Positions 35,309 through 40,442 of a stretch of 40,442 nt of DNA are shown here, in pieces. Source of the DNA: Candidatus Iainarchaeum sp. (GTDB taxonomy: Archaea; Iainarchaeota; Iainarchaeia; Iainarchaeales; DTGL01); contig JAZDDY010000120.1 in NCBI GenBank assembly GCA_043809265.1, positions 1-40,442 of the forward strand, in the 5' to 3' direction. The notes beneath the pieces were generated by a model. It was not told where the DNA came from. It saw nothing but the letters and a program-made list of their open reading frames with translations, and did no database searches. The translations under genes and the position numbers were made by a program. Position 1 is the first letter of the stretch. Each line of letters begins with the position of its first letter.

Positions 35309-35497
35309 GTGAGTGACAAACTACTTGCCAAAAAAGAAAAAGAGAAACTGATGGCCGAAGGCTACAGAAAGACCGCAAAGGAAAATGAAGCGCTTTGCAG
35401 GGAAATGGATTCTGCCAGTTCTGAAGCATGGGCCTTGCTTGAGCCGTATGATTTCAATGCCCCTACCCGCTCTTGCCGGAAACAATGCAGAAAGTAG
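35309..35497 (+). CDS. Small hypothetical protein, possibly an antitoxin-like fragment
   Basis: LMAEGYRKTAKENEALCREM recalls the C-terminal helix of EndoAI/MazE-type antitoxins; GTG start after GAGGGGGAG. Confidence 0.4.
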   Translation: MSDKLLAKKEKEKLMAEGYRKTAKENEALCREMDSASSEAWALLEPYDFNAPTRSCRKQCRK

Positions 35498-35610
35498 ATT
35501 CTGCAATCAAAGCGAGTTTGGTCCTGGATTAAGAATTTCCTTTTTTTCACAATTCAGGGGAAGCGAGGTCTCTCAAGCGCTTTTTAAGGCGGGAAAGCGC
35601 CTATTTTTGC

Positions 35611-37050
35611 ATGACTCTCGGCACGGCATATTTGGATACCGTGAGGTACCTTGAAGGCGAAGGCAAAATCATTGCCTCTTTCAAATCCCTCGATTGCGAC
35701 GGAAAAGAAACAGAAGCGGAATTCGATTTCCTGCCGGAATTAAGGCTTCCGCATAATGGCGATTTCAGACAATTCCTTGCATCGGTTTCACCGCAAGGGC
35801 TGATTTTAAGCGAAACCGGGAAGGGAATGGCGCTTCGTTCGAAGGCTTTTTCTTGCTTGGAAAAGCTCCATTCCCTCCTCTCTTTTTCCTTTGATGCTTT
35901 CGTGCCTTTCCCTGAGCCTGAAAGGCAGTTTTTGGTTTCCATGGGCTGGAGTTATTTCGACAAGTTTGAAATAAGGGAAAGCAGGAAGGGCGGCATTTCG
36001 GCCGAAAAAAAAGGCTTTGCCGAAGAATCATTGAATTCGCCTTGCTTTCCCGACGGCATAAACCAGAAAGGAGCGTTCCTTTCGAATCTTTTGCTTTTGC
36101 AGTGCGGAAAAATCCAGGCCGGGCTGGAAATCGGAATGGTTTTTTTGGAGAATGCGGCTTTCGCGGATTTCGCGCTCATGCCTTCCAGGCAAAAGGGCGG
36201 CGGAAAAAAGGATTTTCACGGCGATAATTTCAGCGGCCTCATCGAACTGGATTTTTCAAGGGCGATCCTTGAAAAAATCGCTGCATCCAACCTCGGTTTT
36301 GATTCCATGAACTGTGCTTGCTGCAGGCCGGAATCCCTTCATTCGGAAAACATTCTCCCGAACTCGCTGGTCGAGGCCGAATTCCTTGAAAACGGCTATT
36401 ATTTCGATTCCATGGTGCAGTCTTTTGCAAGGCGGTTCCATGAAACCAACGCAGGCAAAAGCGCTAGGCTGGCAAGGAAAAGGGAATTCTGCCTTGAGGG
36501 AATGCCTGTCGGGCCTTTTTATTGCGGGGAGAAGGCGCTTGTCCCGCTCGCGGACGCCCTGCGGCTTGAAGCCTGCGGAGCTGCAAGAATTACCGGTGAA
36601 AGGGAAATCAAATGGCATTGCATGAAAAAGCCCTCTTTTGTTGCCGCCTGCATTTCAGGCCTTCTTTCGCTTGAAAGCGCGCTCAAGGAAAGGATGGCCG
36701 CGCTTGAAAAAAAGGACCTTGCGGCAAAAGGCCTCAATGCGTTCAACCCTGTTTTTTCCGACCCTGAAAAAGCCTCGCTTGAAGAATTCGGGCAGGCCTG
36801 CTCATGCCTCATCGAATCTGTTTTTTCCTGCCTTGGAGCAGGCGCTTTTTCAGGCCAAAAGGATTTTTCCGAAAACGTGCAGGCATTCAGTGCAGGGCTC
36901 CTTTCCAGCTACAACGAACTGCTCTGGGAAAGGAATTCCGAGCCTATTTACCTTATTTCTGGGCGCGCCTTTGTCAAGCGCATGGAAATTTTCACCGACC
37001 TTGCCGTGGTGTCAAAAGACACTGGAATGCCGCTTCCCTCGGTTTTCTAG
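35611..37050 (+). CDS. Inactivated/degenerate family-B DNA polymerase homolog
   Basis: LIELDFS....IAASNLGFDSMNCACC and WHCMKKPSFV...LL....LK follow the PolB motif A region, but SLYPS, KxxxNSxYG and YGDTDS are replaced; no thumb region. Confidence 0.65.
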   Translation: MTLGTAYLDTVRYLEGEGKIIASFKSLDCDGKETEAEFDFLPELRLPHNGDFRQFLASVSPQGLILSETGKGMALRSKAFSCLEKLHSLLSFSFDAFVPFPEPERQFLVSMGWSYFDKFEIRESRKGGISAEKKGFAEESLNSPCFPDGINQKGAFLSNLLLLQCGKIQAGLEIGMVFLENAAFADFALMPSRQKGGGKKDFHGDNFSGLIELDFSRAILEKIAASNLGFDSMNCACCRPESLHSENILPNSLVEAEFLENGYYFDSMVQSFARRFHETNAGKSARLARKREFCLEGMPVGPFYCGEKALVPLADALRLEACGAARITGEREIKWHCMKKPSFVAACISGLLSLESALKERMAALEKKDLAAKGLNAFNPVFSDPEKASLEEFGQACSCLIESVFSCLGAGAFSGQKDFSENVQAFSAGLLSSYNELLWERNSEPIYLISGRAFVKRMEIFTDLAVVSKDTGMPLPSVF

Positions 37051-37139
37051 GTTTAAGGGCTCGGGGAATGGTTTTTAATCCTTTCCAATGAAAATTTCAT
37101 ACAGTCTTTTTTTAGCACTACACCCGTCCTGGGATTAGT

Positions 37140-37346
37140 ATGGTTAAACTGACAAGATTCGAGGTAACACGCCTCATCAGTGCGAGAGCATTGCAGCTCT
37201 CTTTCGGAGCCCCGCCTTTACTCAAGCCTTTGGACGAGGACACTTCCTACCTGATTGCAAAAAGGGAAATGGCTGAAAAAGTGCTCCCGATGGCGGTATT
37301 GAGGCGCCACACCGACGGAACCATTGAAAAGATTGGAATGGAGTGA
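37140..37346 (+). CDS. rpoK: DNA-directed RNA polymerase subunit K (Rpo6)
   Basis: LTRFEVTRLISARALQLSFGAPPL...AKREM...LPM. Confidence 0.93.
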   Translation: MVKLTRFEVTRLISARALQLSFGAPPLLKPLDEDTSYLIAKREMAEKVLPMAVLRRHTDGTIEKIGME

Positions 37347-37350
37347 TTTT

Positions 37351-37542
37351 ATGGGCAAAGCAGTTCCAAGGATCATCAAGCAGCGCTGCCTGAAGCTTTT
37401 GAAGGCCTACCCGGAAAGTTTCACAAAGGACTTTTCAAAAAACAAGGCTTTCCTTAAAGGCCTCAGCATGCCTTTCTCAAGGACAGACATCAACCTGATG
37501 GCAGGCTTCCTCACGAGAAAGGCAACAGTGGTTGCGGCTTGA
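37351..37542 (+). CDS. rps17e: 30S ribosomal protein S17e
   Basis: MGKAVPRIIK...YPESFTKDFSKNK...NLMAGFLTR; ATG 37351 after GGAGTGA. Confidence 0.88.
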   Translation: MGKAVPRIIKQRCLKLLKAYPESFTKDFSKNKAFLKGLSMPFSRTDINLMAGFLTRKATVVAA

Positions 37543-37571
37543 AAAATCCGCTTCTTTAATTTTTTTTGGCA

Positions 37572-39977
37572 TTATTCCTGCAGCGGCTCGAGGAGTTCGG
37601 CCCTTGTAATGCCTTCCTCTTCCTTGTTCCTTTCAAGCAGGTAAAGGGACGCGCTTGCGGCTTTTTCCATTTCCTTGCTGTGCGTGATAAGGAACACCTG
37701 TTCCACCAGGCCTTCGATCCTGCCGTGCATCATTTCAGCAAGCTTTGACACCGCGTTTTCGTCAAGGTTATGGGTCGGCTCGTCAAGGATTAAAATGCCC
37801 AAATTCCTTGCAAGCACAAGCGAAAAAGCAATCCTTAAAGTGAGCGCCACAGAGCTTCTTTCGCCCCCTGAAAGAATGCCTTCGATTTTTCCCCACTTGC
37901 CGTTCCTTGCAAGCACTTTCAGTTCGTAATCGCCTTCGCTGATTTCCATTTTGGCGCTCACATAATCACCGTAAGGGTAAATCCTTTTCCAGACAATCTC
38001 CATGGCTTCGTTGACTGTTTCCACCAATGATTCCCGCAACTCCGCCTGCGCTGCCTTCAATGCGTTCACAAAAACAGCAAGTTTCGATATCCCAAACTCT
38101 GTGCCCTCCAGGCTTTTCCTTGCATTTTCAACAAGCCCTATTTTCGCCCTTATTTCGCTTTCGCGCTTTTTCTTCTCTTCCGCAAGTTCCTTCAACCCTT
38201 TAACTTCCATTTCAAAAGATTCGAGTTCCCTGGATTTTTCGCCCAGCTTCCTTTCGGTTTCCATCGCCTTTGCCTCGTCAAAGCCCAATTCAAGCAAAGC
38301 CTTTTCCGCATCCTTGAGCTCGGCGCTTTTTGCGGTGCGTTCCTTTTTCCTTTCGATGCCTTCGATTATTTTTTCCACTTTGTCAAGCCTTTCGGCGCAC
38401 TGCTCAAGCTCTTCTTCCACACGCTCCGCCTTGAGGTCTTTCCCCTTCTTTTCGAAAACCACAAGTTGTGCGTCGATTGCACCCAGCCTTTCAATGTTTT
38501 CCCTTATTCTCTCCAGCGGCCTGCGCAGGCTTTCAAGGAAAGAACGGAGTTCTGCCAGCGATTTCAATTCCTCGCCGGCTTTTTCCAGTTCTTCTTCGGC
38601 TTTTTTCCTTTCGGCCTTCAATGAATGCAGTTTTTCGTGCAGTTTTTTCCTGTCCGCGCCAAGGCCTTCAAGCAGCGCTTCGGTCCTTTCAATAAGCCCC
38701 TGCCTTGCTTCGCCTGAAAGCGGCCTTTTGCACAAAGGGCATTCCGCTTCCTCCGACTTTATTTTTTCAAGGTTTTCCAGCCCGTCGCCTTGATTGCTTT
38801 CAAGAATGCCGACTTCCTCGCCCAATTCCTTTTCCTGCTTTTCTATTTCGGAAAGCACATGCTTTTTTTCCTTTTCCTTTTTTTCCAGTTCTTCCTTTTT
38901 TTTGCCCAATTCCAATAGTTCTTTCAGCAAATCCTCCTTGCTCCTGATCTTCGGAGGCAGGCTTTTCACTGCGGCAGAATTTTCCTCTTCCAATGCCTCC
39001 TTTTTCGCCTTAAGCGCGCCGATTTCAGCCTCAATCCGCCCAATCTCTTTTTCCTGTTCTTTGAGCTGTTTCACTTTCGCCCTGATTTCTTCTGGCTTTC
39101 CCTTTAGTTCGCCTTCTTTCACTCCGTCGAGCGCAACGCCTGTGTCCTTCTCGATCCGTTTCAGTTCCCTTTCAATCGATTCGATTTCCTGCCTTAAGGA
39201 AATCGTTTTTTCGTTCAGTGAGGCGAATTTTTTCCTTTTTTCTGAGAGCGCCTTCGCGGCCTTTTCCATTTCAGCCAGTTCCTTCTCAACCCTGCCTTTT
39301 TCCTCAAGCCTCGCCTTTATTCTTTCCTCTGCCTGCCTTATCTCGGCACAGATTGCATCCAGTTCGCTTTTGCCTGCGCCTTTGCCCTGCTCTTCGAGGA
39401 ATTTTTTCTTTTCCTCGGCCACTTTTTTCAATGTGTTTGCGACATTCACCGCATTCTTCCGCACCTTTTCATACCTGTCAAGTTCGAGCAGTTCGTCGAA
39501 TTTCTGCTTTCTTTCCCCTGCATTCATCCTGATGAAAAAATCCACCTGGTTTTGTTCGGAGTAAACCGCGCGCGAGAACAATTCGTAGTTTATTTCAAGG
39601 ATGTGCTCTATGCGCTCGTTGACCTCGCTGACCTTCGGCCCCGCAAGGAAAGAGTCGTTCTCGTAAAGTTTCGCAGTGTTGGTTTTCTGGTCCCTGTAAA
39701 CCTTCCTTTCCACCGTATAGTTTTTTCCCCTGTAATCGAATTCGAGGGAAACGCAGGCTTCGTCCATTTTCGAGGGCCTGTCCATTATGGCTTCCTCGAT
39801 TTTTGTTTCCCTTCTCTGCGCTTCAGGGAAAGTTCCAAAAAGAGCGAAACAGATTGCGCTCATCACGCTGCTTTTCCCTGACCCCATTTGGCCGACCAGC
39901 ACGTTCGTGCCAGGCCCGAATTCAAGCTCGGTGTGCTTGTGCGAGCGCCAGTTTTCCAGCAAAACCTTGCGAATCAT
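37572..39977 (-). CDS. rad50: Rad50 (SMC-family ATPase)
   Basis: Walker A GQMGSGKSS, long coiled coils, central Zn-hook CPLC, LSGGE signature, ILILDEP, ITHS. Confidence 0.9.
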   Translation of the reverse strand: MIRKVLLENWRSHKHTELEFGPGTNVLVGQMGSGKSSVMSAICFALFGTFPEAQRRETKIEEAIMDRPSKMDEACVSLEFDYRGKNYTVERKVYRDQKTNTAKLYENDSFLAGPKVSEVNERIEHILEINYELFSRAVYSEQNQVDFFIRMNAGERKQKFDELLELDRYEKVRKNAVNVANTLKKVAEEKKKFLEEQGKGAGKSELDAICAEIRQAEERIKARLEEKGRVEKELAEMEKAAKALSEKRKKFASLNEKTISLRQEIESIERELKRIEKDTGVALDGVKEGELKGKPEEIRAKVKQLKEQEKEIGRIEAEIGALKAKKEALEEENSAAVKSLPPKIRSKEDLLKELLELGKKKEELEKKEKEKKHVLSEIEKQEKELGEEVGILESNQGDGLENLEKIKSEEAECPLCKRPLSGEARQGLIERTEALLEGLGADRKKLHEKLHSLKAERKKAEEELEKAGEELKSLAELRSFLESLRRPLERIRENIERLGAIDAQLVVFEKKGKDLKAERVEEELEQCAERLDKVEKIIEGIERKKERTAKSAELKDAEKALLELGFDEAKAMETERKLGEKSRELESFEMEVKGLKELAEEKKKRESEIRAKIGLVENARKSLEGTEFGISKLAVFVNALKAAQAELRESLVETVNEAMEIVWKRIYPYGDYVSAKMEISEGDYELKVLARNGKWGKIEGILSGGERSSVALTLRIAFSLVLARNLGILILDEPTHNLDENAVSKLAEMMHGRIEGLVEQVFLITHSKEMEKAASASLYLLERNKEEEGITRAELLEPLQE

Positions 39978-40017
39978 CCAGAAGAATTAGGGATAAAATG
40001 ATTAAAAAGAAAAAGGT

Positions 40018-40278
40018 TTAAAGAAGTGTTTCGCCTTCGACCGTGACGCTTTCAACGCCCTTGATTTTCTTGACTTCTGCTTCCAATAAGGCGACCTCGC
40101 CTTCCTTTATGTTCGGAATCACGATGCCTGCCATTATGATGTACATGCCGAAAGCCAATGGCTCTTTCTTGGAATCCTGCAACTTGCCTGCCTTGAGTTT
40201 TTTTAGCTGCTCGATTACCTTGTCCTCGAGGCCCGGCTCTTCAGGCATTATCTTCAATATGACCATCGATTCGCCCAT
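40018..40278 (-). CDS. ef1b: Translation elongation factor 1-beta
   Basis: LKIMPEEP...EPLAFGM...IKGVESVTV. Confidence 0.92.
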   Translation of the reverse strand: MGESMVILKIMPEEPGLEDKVIEQLKKLKAGKLQDSKKEPLAFGMYIIMAGIVIPNIKEGEVALLEAEVKKIKGVESVTVEGETLL

Positions 40279-40297
40279 TTTTTTTCACCAAACAGTT

Positions 40298-40442
40298 TCA
40301 AGGCCCCGTGAAGCCGCATTCAGGGCAGGTGTAAGGCCTGCTTGAGCTTCTGCAGATATCACACCTTATGATTTTGGCGTTAAGGCATTTCGGGCACTTG
40401 AATTCCACGTACTCCGAAACAATCGCCTTATTGCAAGAACCG
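40298..40442 (-). CDS. Zn-finger protein (DUF1610/HVO_2753-like), 5' end beyond the window edge
   Basis: Not in the ORF track; hand translation ...GSCNKAIVSEYVEFKCPKCLNAKIIRCDICRSSSRPYTCPECGFTGP*; usual archaeal neighbour of EF-1beta. Confidence 0.88.
   Translation of the reverse strand, partial: GSCNKAIVSEYVEFKCPKCLNAKIIRCDICRSSSRPYTCPECGFTGP

Overview
Archaeal genomic window, most consistent with a DPANN lineage such as Iainarchaeota/Diapherotrites. This is inferred from gene content (rpo6/rpoK, rps17e, EF-1beta, NurA/HerA/Rad50, archaeal pilins, BRE-TATA promoters); no search was run. There are three blocks. (1) 1-4672, minus strand: a His-Xaa-Ser (HXS) RiPP-like cluster with two HxsD-like genes, four radical SAM genes (one runs off the window edge and is missing from the ORF track) and a hybrid precursor, (HxS)6-(CHxS)7-CVSVC, behind a signal-like leader. 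(2) About 4.8-32.6 kb: a cell-surface island with giant Cys-rich/Ig-repeat secreted proteins, two GNVGIGT-type fibre proteins with a shared base and different tips, thioredoxin-fold membrane proteins, a type IV pilus locus, and an MNT-HEPN toxin-antitoxin cassette between perfect 27-bp direct repeats. (3) 32.6-40.4 kb: housekeeping and repair genes (nurA, herA, a catalytically degenerate family-B polymerase, rpoK, rps17e, rad50, EF-1beta, a Zn-finger protein). The strongest unexplained pattern is enrichment of the tripeptide D-x-N in nearly all exported proteins and its near absence from cytoplasmic ones, which suggests a lineage-specific modification sequon. No tRNA, rRNA, CRISPR array or transposase was recognised.
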